Shown: one piece after another, positions 53,453 to 62,316 of the stretch | How positions within the stretch are numbered: position 1 is the first letter of the stretch | How the letters are laid out: every line of letters begins with the position of its first letter | IMG/VR virus record: IMGVR_UViG_3300046542_000291 | Span: 62,001 to 126,000 of that record | DNA length: 64,000 nt | Reading direction: 5' to 3' (one strand) | The notes under the pieces: model-generated | Databases searched by the model: none | The model's input: the letters and a program-made list of their open reading frames with translations, nothing else | What the model was told of the DNA's origin: nothing | Made by a program: the position numbers and the translations under genes

Positions 53453-53876
53453 CTGGCAGTTTCTCTCGAATGAAGAACATCATATCGATAGGCCAGGTTT
53501 CACTTGGATCAGTCCAGGTCAGGACAATACGCTTGTTGATACGGCTGGTACGAACAAACGCCACTTCCCGTCCTTCACGAACAACGGAGATGAGTTCAGA
53601 CTTCTCACCTTCACCACGTGTAATGGTGAATGTAAAGCCCTCAGCTGGCCCCAGAGAGTGGCGATGGTTCAATCCACCCAGATCTTCCGGTGTCCAGTAG
53701 ATCGCGGTAGGAGTCAACGCCAGGATCTCTCCAAGGATCTTCTCCCCTAGCTCCTCAATCCGAGTATCCCCGATTTGGGTAGCAAAGGCGTACTCCTTGA
53801 TATTGGCAGGTTGCCCCTTTAACGGAGGCATGGCTGCCAATGAGGCTGGGAGCTCGGTGATGATCATATCGGTCAT
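53340..53876 (-). CDS. hypothetical protein
   Basis: ATGA-coupled; EVAFVRT. Confidence 0.7.
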   Translation of the reverse strand: MTDMIITELPASLAAMPPLKGQPANIKEYAFATQIGDTRIEELGEKILGEILALTPTAIYWTPEDLGGLNHRHSLGPAEGFTFTITRGEGEKSELISVVREGREVAFVRTSRINKRIVLTWTDPSETWPIDMMFFIREKLPDGTEDSQNAGDVELPLGLLQVRVPDQPRPLRGQAIQF

Positions 53877-54511
53877 TTGTAAATTACCAAGTATCGGATT
53901 GAAGTGTTGGGTGCTTCGTTCAGCGCTTGGGTGATGATAACCTCACCCGTCTTGGCTGAATAAGCATGGGACCACGGACTCATTCCATCGATCATGAGGT
54001 TGACAATGTTGTAAGTCTCGTTCAGTGGGATACTGCCATGTGGATTGAACTTGTGAGTCAGTTGATGACGCACATCTTTGAACAGGGGGAACACTACCAG
54101 GATTGGGATGATCCGTTCGATCTCACGGTTCTGGAAAGGCGTGAACGTTCCGGCCACGTTTGCTACATCAACGTACTCATGATTCATCTTCTCGCCATCA
54201 GCCCCGAACTGTAAGGTGAGGGTGACATCGGGAATACCGAGTACTGTGTTGTTACACACTTCGTATTTCCCGGTATGCGGGTTGATCCGCACGTAGGCCA
54301 CACAGGTATCATCATGATCCCCGTAAGCCCACAGTTCAATGACTTGCCAGCCTTCACGGAACTTGTATGGCTTGACGACAGCATGGTAGGTGTTAACGAC
54401 ACCAGCTACGTTGGAATCTACGCGGGTAACCTTCAAGTTGATAAGCCCCAGATCACACGTTTGGATCTGACCGTCTTTAGTACGACGCAGGTTGATAGTT
54501 GCGATACGCAT
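53873..54511 (-). CDS. hypothetical protein, beta-rich paralog family
   Basis: VIELWAY...CVAYVRINPHTGKYEV; GAGGAG RBS. Confidence 0.8.
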   Translation of the reverse strand: MRIATINLRRTKDGQIQTCDLGLINLKVTRVDSNVAGVVNTYHAVVKPYKFREGWQVIELWAYGDHDDTCVAYVRINPHTGKYEVCNNTVLGIPDVTLTLQFGADGEKMNHEYVDVANVAGTFTPFQNREIERIIPILVVFPLFKDVRHQLTHKFNPHGSIPLNETYNIVNLMIDGMSPWSHAYSAKTGEVIITQALNEAPNTSIRYLVIYK

Positions 54512-54570
54512 AATAAAACTCCTCTTCTATTTAATAGGGTACGTCAGTACAAAAAAGAAATTGAACAGCT

Positions 54571-54592
54571 GCCCCTCTCCGAAGAAAGGGGC
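54571..54592 (-). terminator. cUUCGg hairpin terminator
   Basis: GCCCCTTTCTTCGGAGAGGGGC. Confidence 0.7.
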
Positions 54593-54599
54593 TCGCGTT

Positions 54600-54965
54600 C
54601 TAGGCAAGTGTGATACGAAGTTTGTAGTTGCCAGCCTTCGTACGGTCACCTCCCACTTTGATCAAGCATTTGCCACCCTGGTTTTGGTAATACTTCAGTT
54701 CCAGTTCATCGAACGGGAACTTTTCAAGCACCCAGCCCCAGAAGCGCTTCCACGCGCTGCCCTCTCTGACAAAGCGAATCGTATTGATGGGGGATTTCCC
54801 ATTATGCGATTCTTCCAAGGTAGAACGCACCAACGAGTGCGCTACAATTTGGCCTGCCTTATCCAGTACCTCCACTTTTAAGTGTTGGGGTTTGGTGTTC
54901 AAAAACATCGAGCTAAATACACGATCTTCATTTAGCCCAATGATCAGGGTGTGTTCAAAACTCAT
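54600..54965 (-). CDS. hypothetical protein
   Basis: ORF adjacent to upstream stop. Confidence 0.7.
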   Translation of the reverse strand: MSFEHTLIIGLNEDRVFSSMFLNTKPQHLKVEVLDKAGQIVAHSLVRSTLEESHNGKSPINTIRFVREGSAWKRFWGWVLEKFPFDELELKYYQNQGGKCLIKVGGDRTKAGNYKLRITLA

Positions 54966-55349
54966 TTACTTGAACTCCACTTCGAAGACAACCGCAGGAA
55001 TCACATCACGGTAGGACGGCATAACAAACGTTTCGTAACGGCCTTCGTCGATCGACATCTCCAAGTAGGCGATGGTGTTCAACTCCGGGTGGTTACGGTC
55101 ATGCAGGTACATGGTGAGGACTTCGCCACGACGCAGCTTGCTTTTGGTCATGGTAACACGGTAGTTCTCGTCCGGAGTACCATGGACGGTGTTTACGGAT
55201 TTCGCAGTCACTGTCATCACTTCGCCGAGAGTGTTTGGCTTGTGAGTAGGGATTGCGAACAACGTGTCGATGTAACCACGTTTGGCAGGCAGCAGGTTTA
55301 CAATAACTTCCATTTGAGTCACCTCGAGATGATAAGATAGAGGAGGCAA
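54966..55349 (-). CDS. hypothetical protein, beta-rich paralog family
   Basis: LTMYLHD...TIAYLEMSIDEGRYE; likely start at MEVIV. Confidence 0.75.
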   Translation of the reverse strand: MPPLSYHLEVTQMEVIVNLLPAKRGYIDTLFAIPTHKPNTLGEVMTVTAKSVNTVHGTPDENYRVTMTKSKLRRGEVLTMYLHDRNHPELNTIAYLEMSIDEGRYETFVMPSYRDVIPAVVFEVEFK

Positions 55350-55369
55350 CTGGTTAACTAACTATTGAG

Positions 55370-55702
55370 TTAGGCCAGCCCTCCAATTTCCACACGGCGT
55401 AAGCCATGCAGCACAACTGTTAAGCGGGCATCGCTGCCCATTTGTGGATCGTTTTTGTGATGGTCGAATTGAGCCCCTAGTTGCCAGGTGATCGATTCGA
55501 GTACATGCAGTGCGGATTCCCTTACGTTGGGGTCCATTACCAGTTCCACGTTGTAGACATGGTTCAGGTGTTGGACACATTGGCGGAGGACAGGTTTGTA
55601 ATGGGAGGTGTCGGCCCCCAAGTACAGGCGGGCTAACAACTTCACGGCTTCGGTCCAACAATGCAATGTTGACACGATAGCTACCTCTACAGTAGACGGC
55701 AT
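55370..55702 (-). CDS. hypothetical protein
   Basis: ORF after terminator; start uncertain. Confidence 0.6.
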   Translation of the reverse strand: MPSTVEVAIVSTLHCWTEAVKLLARLYLGADTSHYKPVLRQCVQHLNHVYNVELVMDPNVRESALHVLESITWQLGAQFDHHKNDPQMGSDARLTVVLHGLRRVEIGGLA

Positions 55703-55705
55703 AAA

Positions 55706-55725
55706 GCCCCTCCCGAAGGAGAGGC
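55706..55725 (-). terminator. cUUCGg hairpin terminator
   Basis: GCCTCTCCTTCGGGAGGGGC. Confidence 0.8.
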
Positions 55726-55743
55726 CTTATGCCGGTTAGGCGC

Positions 55744-56199
55744 TTAGAGCGCAACAGCCAGACGGAGCTGACCAGAGTTTTGTACGAATACCAGTTCGTT
55801 GTGTTCAACGATGGCATCGAACGCGAAGATACGTCGGAACGTATCGATGAAACGTGCCATGGTAGTAGCACCTGGCACGAGGTTTTCTTTACGAGTCAAA
55901 GCACACTCGTCTTCTGCAGTTTTCCACTGGTGCAACCAGAGTGCTTTGTCACCCTTGAAGCCAGCTTCTTGTGCAACTGCCAACGAGGTGTCGACAGCCA
56001 GATCGCGGAGGCGTTGAACGTCCAGTTTGAACAGTTCCATCTCAGCGATGTTTTCTGCGGTCATGCCCATGCTACCGGACATAACGGCGGTAATGCCTTC
56101 GTTACGGCGCCAGTTGCAGATGCGATCAGCCATTGCATCATCACAGTTGAGCATGATCTGCTTCAATGCGTTAACCGGGGTGGTCTTTTTTGCTTGCAT
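55744..56199 (-). CDS. hypothetical early protein
   Basis: single gene between early promoter and terminator. Confidence 0.8.
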   Translation of the reverse strand: MQAKKTTPVNALKQIMLNCDDAMADRICNWRRNEGITAVMSGSMGMTAENIAEMELFKLDVQRLRDLAVDTSLAVAQEAGFKGDKALWLHQWKTAEDECALTRKENLVPGATTMARFIDTFRRIFAFDAIVEHNELVFVQNSGQLRLAVAL

Positions 56200-56233
56200 A
56201 ATTGCCTCTTGGGTTTAGGGTAGATTCACAGAA

Positions 56234-56242
56234 GTAATATAG
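56234..56242 (-). promoter_or_regulatory. phiKZ-type early promoter
   Basis: CTATATTAC. Confidence 0.85.
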
Positions 56243-56256
56243 CGTTTAAAACGCTT

Positions 56257-57504
56257 TCAATACTTCGGTTCGGTGTTCCAGGATTTGAACTCAGCGTCCA
56301 TCTCCGACAACACATTGGTGTAGTACATGTAATCGTACTGCCGGTGCTCTCCATGGGATTTATTGGCAGTAGAATGCAGCAAGGTTTCCTTCTTGATTGC
56401 ATCCGACATCCAGTGAAGGTCTACTCCTTCAACCGCCATTTTCACATCGAACGGTTCATCGGTAGTATGGGGCTTCCAGTCAACATCACACACTTCAATC
56501 TTGTCGACATGGAAGTTCACCTTTACCTTGTCTGCCACCTCACCATAGCGGATAAGTTCGTCACGGAAGCGATCCAGGAAACGGGACACTTCAATGACAG
56601 AACCCGCTTCGAAGTAACGAGCTGGCGAAAGCACCAGACGGTAAGAGCGACGCAGATACGTTTTCGGATCGGTTGGGTTTGGACGCAGGAAAACGATGGC
56701 TCCATTCTCAACCGGTTTTTCGTCACGGATCAATGAGAACCAGGTACGGTCAAGTGCAGGCTCCCCGGTTTCCATGTTGACGATCACTGGCGCAATCGTG
56801 TTGTCCAGTACCCATGGCTCGACTCGCACTTCGGCCCAGAGGAAATCACACCAGCGGTAGCAGTGAGCGGTAGTCCCGTCTGCCGACACTAGCGCCATGT
56901 TTTCCATCCGATCAACATGCATCTTTTTGTTGATCTGTTTAACGTACAGCTTAACGTCAACTTCGTTGATAGTCACGGTAACTGCGTGAATACCTTCATC
57001 TGGACGTTTGAACTGGAAATGACGCGGCAGTTGATAAGCCATTTTCGTCGCCACGTCTTGGTCGAACCGTTCTACCGGTACGTCGAAGATGGTGGTTGAT
57101 TGACCTTCACGAACTTCCGTGGTACGCCAGTGTTTAACCAGCGTAATATTTTCCAACATTGCTACATTAAGCTCTGTTGGTTTGGCTGGATTGTCTTTCT
57201 CATGGATCAAACCAGCGAAGACTTTATCCTTCCCCTCGTGCCGATGAGGGTAGCTGCTCGACACGCGGTCCTTCACCCAACGGACCAGAACAGTACGCCC
57301 ATGGAATATCGCTTCAGTCTGGACAACATCCATGTTGACGATGTTGTCCATGATCAGCTCCCAGTTATACTTCAGGCTCGCTAACTTATCCGCTTTCTCC
57401 TTGGCCAATCGGCGATCGGACAGTTCCTTACGAGCAACCTTGTCCTGCTCGACAGCTAGCTCTTCGTTTTCTTTCCAGTTGCGAATCCAGTTAAACGGCC
57501 ACAT
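56257..57504 (-). CDS. hypothetical protein, tandem paralog of 57518
   Basis: RYFEAGSVIEVSRFLDRFRDELIRYG. Confidence 0.85.
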   Translation of the reverse strand: MWPFNWIRNWKENEELAVEQDKVARKELSDRRLAKEKADKLASLKYNWELIMDNIVNMDVVQTEAIFHGRTVLVRWVKDRVSSSYPHRHEGKDKVFAGLIHEKDNPAKPTELNVAMLENITLVKHWRTTEVREGQSTTIFDVPVERFDQDVATKMAYQLPRHFQFKRPDEGIHAVTVTINEVDVKLYVKQINKKMHVDRMENMALVSADGTTAHCYRWCDFLWAEVRVEPWVLDNTIAPVIVNMETGEPALDRTWFSLIRDEKPVENGAIVFLRPNPTDPKTYLRRSYRLVLSPARYFEAGSVIEVSRFLDRFRDELIRYGEVADKVKVNFHVDKIEVCDVDWKPHTTDEPFDVKMAVEGVDLHWMSDAIKKETLLHSTANKSHGEHRQYDYMYYTNVLSEMDAEFKSWNTEPKY

Positions 57505-57517
57505 GCAGCTTTTCCTT

Positions 57518-58618
57518 TTAGTAAGCGGTGGAGGTAAAGTTAATACCGGTTGTGTCGAAGGCTACAACAAAGTCATTGTAGGTGTGTTGGGATTGGTCGG
57601 TACCAGAGAAGTAGATCTTCTTGTCCTGACTGAGCTTGGACCATTGTTCCATGTTGTAGATAATGACTTTCACTTCACGCCCAGTCATGATGGCGATGTT
57701 GCGAAGGTACAGTGTTCCACGGACGCTATGGCCATCCTCTTTAAGACTCTCAGTTAGCTTCTTCGCGAAACCCGCGAGTTCCAAGTGACTGCCATCCCGC
57801 ATGTACTCATCCATGTTTATCCGGATGCGTAACTGCGAAAGGGATTTTACCCCCTCTGGACTTTCATCATTGACAACTACGTAGGCAGCTGTTTCTGGGC
57901 GACCCACATGCGTATCAATGATCACATAGCGGTCATCGTCAATATTGCACGGCGTGGCAGCTAAGTAGTCCACAGGAACGAACTGGGAAAACCGACTACA
58001 TTTCGGTACCGAAGCCACGTTCCACAAGTAGACCAGGTCTTTTACTTTCACTTCGAGTAAGTTAGCCTTTGACATCAGGCACAACTCACCATCCAGCTCT
58101 GGCTTCACACCCCGGAAAGAGCCCAAGGTCAGATAGAACTCTTCACCCAGTACATTCTTCCAGATTGGAACACCTGAACGAACATTCCACTTCTGCATGC
58201 GGTTGTACCAGTCTTGCAGTACTTTCACTTGCGTTTCAGCACGATCCCGATACGTTTGGCTTTGTTTATGCCACTTGTAAATCGTACCATCAATCTTTGG
58301 GTACTGGTGATCGTAAAGATCTTTATCGAGTCCGACGTAGTTGAAAGAGATCTCACCCTCGATAACCAGCGACGCCAGTGGAACAGTGTGCCAGTTACCA
58401 CGAGCCGTGGCCTGGAATTCACCCATGCCCCCCATGTAGACATCGTCGTACTGTGGGGTCTTGTCAATGATGTAGTTTTCGCCGCCGGCGGTGACGAGGG
58501 CGTAGGTGTAACCGCGATCAAACAGTTTATTGAGGTCTTCCAGGAGACGTTCCCGGACAGACATTTTTGCAACTCGACGTTTTTCGAACCACGCCAGAAT
58601 GTAGTGAAAGAAATACAT
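57518..58618 (-). CDS. hypothetical early protein, tandem paralog of 56257
   Basis: EYMRDGSHLELAGFAKKLTESLKEDG; start moved to MYFFH (GGAG RBS). Confidence 0.85.
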   Translation of the reverse strand: MYFFHYILAWFEKRRVAKMSVRERLLEDLNKLFDRGYTYALVTAGGENYIIDKTPQYDDVYMGGMGEFQATARGNWHTVPLASLVIEGEISFNYVGLDKDLYDHQYPKIDGTIYKWHKQSQTYRDRAETQVKVLQDWYNRMQKWNVRSGVPIWKNVLGEEFYLTLGSFRGVKPELDGELCLMSKANLLEVKVKDLVYLWNVASVPKCSRFSQFVPVDYLAATPCNIDDDRYVIIDTHVGRPETAAYVVVNDESPEGVKSLSQLRIRINMDEYMRDGSHLELAGFAKKLTESLKEDGHSVRGTLYLRNIAIMTGREVKVIIYNMEQWSKLSQDKKIYFSGTDQSQHTYNDFVVAFDTTGINFTSTAY

Positions 58619-58653
58619 ATTTACTCCGAATTGTAGGGATGAATTACACTGTT

Positions 58654-58662
58654 GTAATATAG
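58654..58662 (-). promoter_or_regulatory. phiKZ-type early promoter
   Basis: CTATATTAC. Confidence 0.85.
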
Positions 58663-58705
58663 GCTTTAAAAAGCTTTGAAATGACAAAAAGAAAAACAAC
58701 ATAGT

Positions 58706-58723
58706 GCCTCCCCGAAGGGAGGC
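58706..58723 (-). terminator. cUUCGg hairpin terminator
   Basis: GCCTCCCTTCGGGGAGGC plus U-tract. Confidence 0.85.
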
Positions 58724-58732
58724 CTTATGTCG

Positions 58733-58885
58733 TCAACAAACCAAGCGAATCCCTTTCTCTTCGAGTTCCTTCAGACCCACCAGAGCTTCCTCCAGTTGTT
58801 TCTTCCGGACAGCGATTTCTTCAGGAGTTGCTTTCTTTCCGCTACGGAGCTTTTGCAGTTCCGTAGTCGACCATTGCTTGATCAT
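58733..58885 (-). CDS. 50-aa basic protein
   Basis: MIKQWSTTELQKLRSGKK...; ATGA-coupled, AGGAG RBS. Confidence 0.6.
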   Translation of the reverse strand: MIKQWSTTELQKLRSGKKATPEEIAVRKKQLEEALVGLKELEEKGIRLVC

Positions 58886-59310
58886 CGGAAGTACTCCTTT
58901 CTCGACAACGAATACAACGAAGCATCCAGTTTAGTGAATGCCGCTGTGGTCCGTTCTTCATAGGTATCGATGCGTCGAGCGATCAGGGGATCGGTACAAC
59001 ACACCATACACGTGTTACACAGGACCGTGACCTTGTCAGCATGGAACGAGAGTTTGTGTTCCTCGCATTCCATATCAAAGACAATGTTGGCCATGGTCTT
59101 GCGATGAGCATCGTAGATAGCCGCACGGTCTCGCCGACGTTGCCACCGGACTAGCCAACCATCAAGCCACCCAAGAGGCAGCATGACGTTAAAGGCTGCC
59201 CGTACGTACTCGTAGCACCCCCCAGCGCTATGCTTACGTCTCCACGACTGATACATCTGTTCCCGCTGATACACCCTGCGGGCTATGAAGTTGTTCAGGA
59301 CTTGCGACAT
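58882..59310 (-). CDS. hypothetical protein with Cys/His cluster
   Basis: CEEH...CNTCMVCC; AGGAG RBS. Confidence 0.7.
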   Translation of the reverse strand: MSQVLNNFIARRVYQREQMYQSWRRKHSAGGCYEYVRAAFNVMLPLGWLDGWLVRWQRRRDRAAIYDAHRKTMANIVFDMECEEHKLSFHADKVTVLCNTCMVCCTDPLIARRIDTYEERTTAAFTKLDASLYSLSRKEYFR

Positions 59311-61354
59311 TCACAATCTCCTTCAGGCCGTTTGCATCAAACAGCAAGATGCCCAGGTTAAGTTCCTGAGCTGTTTCTAGTTTGTGTGCAGCGTATTTCG
59401 TACCGAGGACAACCAGGTGCGTTCCTTTCGTAGGCAGACTGGTAATCTTAGCCCCTAAGCTCTTGTAGCCCGCTTCAACCTGCTTGCGAGTAAGCTCCCC
59501 GAACTTACTACCACTTACAACTACCGTCTTACCCTCGAGCTCTGCGGAGACTCGAGGGGGCGGAGCGATCATGGTCTTGATGCAGGTCTTCACGGTTTCG
59601 CACAACAACCGATTACGTGATTCATTGAACCAGGTAATAATAGCTGCTGCTTTTACCTTGCCGATATCCTTAATGGCTTCCAGTTCCTCGAACGATGACT
59701 TTGTGAACGCATCGAAGTTCTGGAAGTACACCGCTAACCGTTCAGCTGTGCCTTCCCCTACCTCGGGAATACACAGCGCTGCGATCACGCGTTCCAATGG
59801 CTGGGTTTCTGCTTTGCGTAGCTCTTTATAAAGCTTATGCCCCATACGCTCGGAATCTAGGAACTGAGCACATTGTCCTTCAGTCCAACCGAACATATCC
59901 CAGAACGGGGTGGAAGAGATACTGGATTGATAGCCCACCAGGCTCTTCGCATTCTCCACGCCGAAGTCACGGATATCCAGAACGTTACGACCCCCTTGGT
60001 AATAGAAGGTCATTGCCAACCGACCAGGACACTGTTCGTTAACGCACGTCAACGTAGTGGCCTTCTTCGGTTGCTTGTCCCGAACGAGTTCCTTCTTACA
60101 GCATGGGCAGTGGGTTGGGATCTCGATGGGCTTAGCCGTCGATGGACGTAATGCCACCAAAGCCTTGATCACCTTCGGAATCACATCCCCCGCACGTTTG
60201 ATGACTATCGTGTCACCGTAGTGCAGATCCAAACGCAACACTTCATCCACCCCATGCAACGTCGGGGAGGAAATGGTAGTGCCGTGAATGAATACCGGGT
60301 CAGTTGCACCCACCGGCGTGATTTGCCCCGTCCGCCCTACCTGCCATTCAACATCATGGAGGATAGTCGGACCTTCCGAGGCTGGGAACTTATAAGCCGT
60401 TGCCCATCGTGGACTACGGTTACGCGAACCCAATTCATCACGGTGCCGTTGGAGGTCAACCTTGAACACAATACCGTCGATCTCGTATTCATCGAAAGAC
60501 GCACGTAGCGCCTTGAAATGATCAAGCATCGTCTGTACTGATTTCTCATCGTGTGACTCAAAGGAATGCAGTCCACACAACTCAGCTACTTCAAAACCGA
60601 AGTCCTGAAGTCTGTTCATCGCGGCACCCCAACCAAAGGGGTCGTCCGCATTGTTGTAGTCGGTGTCGTAAGCCACGAAGGACAACTCACGCGTGCCGGT
60701 TACGGCTGCGTCTTTCTGACGCAAAGAACCAGCTGCGTAATTACGGCAGTTGACAAACGTCTTCTCGCCATCTTTTGCCAACTTGGCATTGATTGCATCG
60801 AAGACATCTTTCTTGACTACTACTTCCCCGCGAACGGAGATTTCTTCTGGGTCACCTTTCTTCCAAGGAATAACCCGAGGAACGAAAGCCACGTGATAGA
60901 TGTTCATTGTAACGTCTTCACCGACGCTACCATCACCACGCGTAGCAGCACGCTTCAGTCGACCATGGTCATATAACAGTTCAACCGCCAGACCGTCAAC
61001 CTTCACTTGCCCCCAGATATTGACCCAACCAACAACATCCGCTACCGACATTGCCCATGCCAATACTTCAGCCGCGTTGAAGGTGTTACCCAACGACAAC
61101 ATTGGAGCTGTGTGCTTTACACGACGGAAGTGGTTTGCTGGAGCATGACCCACCAGGTCGGTAGGTGATTTGTTGTCCCCGTAGAGTTCTTTCAACTCAG
61201 GGTGAGCTGCTTCAATCTCTATCAGCCGACGACGCATTTGATCGTAGACTGGATCTTCCACATCACTCTGGTCGAGGATATAGTAGCTGTAGTCCAGCTT
61301 ACCGATAAAGAGCCGCAGTTTGGCGTACTCTTCTTCGATCTCTTTGGTAGCCAT
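59234..61354 (-). CDS. ligA: NAD-dependent DNA ligase
   Basis: YY..D...DPVYD, PMLSLGN, KVDGLA, TRGDG, RGE, DGIVFK, GRTG, RAGDVIP, Zn finger, HhH, BRCT. Confidence 0.97.
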   Translation of the reverse strand: MATKEIEEEYAKLRLFIGKLDYSYYILDQSDVEDPVYDQMRRRLIEIEAAHPELKELYGDNKSPTDLVGHAPANHFRRVKHTAPMLSLGNTFNAAEVLAWAMSVADVVGWVNIWGQVKVDGLAVELLYDHGRLKRAATRGDGSVGEDVTMNIYHVAFVPRVIPWKKGDPEEISVRGEVVVKKDVFDAINAKLAKDGEKTFVNCRNYAAGSLRQKDAAVTGTRELSFVAYDTDYNNADDPFGWGAAMNRLQDFGFEVAELCGLHSFESHDEKSVQTMLDHFKALRASFDEYEIDGIVFKVDLQRHRDELGSRNRSPRWATAYKFPASEGPTILHDVEWQVGRTGQITPVGATDPVFIHGTTISSPTLHGVDEVLRLDLHYGDTIVIKRAGDVIPKVIKALVALRPSTAKPIEIPTHCPCCKKELVRDKQPKKATTLTCVNEQCPGRLAMTFYYQGGRNVLDIRDFGVENAKSLVGYQSSISSTPFWDMFGWTEGQCAQFLDSERMGHKLYKELRKAETQPLERVIAALCIPEVGEGTAERLAVYFQNFDAFTKSSFEELEAIKDIGKVKAAAIITWFNESRNRLLCETVKTCIKTMIAPPPRVSAELEGKTVVVSGSKFGELTRKQVEAGYKSLGAKITSLPTKGTHLVVLGTKYAAHKLETAQELNLGILLFDANGLKEIVNVASPEQLHSPQGVSAGTDVSVVET

Positions 61355-61385
61355 GAGGACTCCTTACCGAAACAAAAAATAAGCA

Positions 61386-61401
61386 TGGCCCCGAAGGGCC
61401 A
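61386..61401 (-). terminator. cUUCGg hairpin terminator
   Basis: TGGCCCTTCGGGGCCA plus U-tract. Confidence 0.75.
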
Positions 61402-61404
61402 GAC

Positions 61405-61623
61405 TCACAGCACCGATTCCGCAACCCTTTTCAGGTTCACGTACAGTGCTTCGACGCCGTTGCCCCGAGAATTCGCTTTGAAAGGAATCCCCACCATTTC
61501 GTAACCCGCTGAATCCCAGTCTGCCAAATCACCGGCATGAACATGGGAAGCATGTGGGTGCATCACCGTAACGAACTGATTGGCTACGGACTGAATAGTC
61601 CAGTTGCCGATTTTGTCTGCCAT
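61405..61623 (-). CDS. hypothetical protein
   Basis: ORF directly after dcd. Confidence 0.65.
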   Translation of the reverse strand: MADKIGNWTIQSVANQFVTVMHPHASHVHAGDLADWDSAGYEMVGIPFKANSRGNGVEALYVNLKRVAESVL

Positions 61624-61625
61624 GT

Positions 61626-62249
61626 TTACACCATTGGAAGAACGATCTGTTTGGCCTGGTTCTGATACTTACCACCACGGTCAGCATAGGACACAGCGCA
61701 GGCTTGGTCGAGTTCCAGGAAGACCAGTTGCAGCACACCTTCATTTGCGTAGAAGGTGTTAGGCTGGTTCGTGGTGTTGTGGAACTCGAATGTGATGTAG
61801 CCTTCCCAACCTGGTTCGATCGGTGTACATAGGCAGTTCCAACCAACGCGTGCGATGGTGGACTTACCGATGCAGAGCGCGATCAGGTCGCGTGGCATCT
61901 TCACGTATTCCTTACTCCGGGTCAGCAAGAAGCCGCCTGGTGGAACAACGATCTTACTGCCGGTTACCGAATGGAACTGATCTTCACGGATGTTCTTGTA
62001 GTCCAAAGCTTCGTGCTCTGGAATAGCTCCCGTGATGAGGTACTTCAGGCGTTGCCAGAATGTAGTCTTCGGTGGAATGAAGAGCTTGAACTCTGGGGCC
62101 GCCCGAAGGTCGTAACCGCCCGACGAAACGCCATACGAAGCAATGCGCTCATCGTCGTCGCCTGTCTTGACAGACGTAGGTGAGAACGGTTGGATCATCT
62201 TTTCGTTTTCGCAACGGTCGAGGATCGACTTGTCAGAAAGAAGGGACAT
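61626..62249 (-). CDS. dcd: dCTP deaminase
   Basis: SYGVSSGGYDLR, GKSTIARVG, TPIEPGWEG, YANEG, SYADRGGKYQNQ. Confidence 0.95.
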   Translation of the reverse strand: MSLLSDKSILDRCENEKMIQPFSPTSVKTGDDDERIASYGVSSGGYDLRAAPEFKLFIPPKTTFWQRLKYLITGAIPEHEALDYKNIREDQFHSVTGSKIVVPPGGFLLTRSKEYVKMPRDLIALCIGKSTIARVGWNCLCTPIEPGWEGYITFEFHNTTNQPNTFYANEGVLQLVFLELDQACAVSYADRGGKYQNQAKQIVLPMV

Positions 62250-62316
62250 TGAAAGAGCCTATTCGAATTGTCAGTATTACATTGGGGGAGTGAGTGATTT
62301 TTCCCCCAACAGTAGG

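Noticed and set aside
57518-58702. Longest-ORF starts in the track (also 11628..12008, 26695..28143, 30472..30885, 47886..48512)
   Set aside because: Extensions run through promoters, terminators or spacer DNA; downstream ATGs have better RBS
1428-61401. Hairpin repeats as a CRISPR array
   Set aside because: Dispersed kilobases apart at gene ends, no regular spacers, no cas genes
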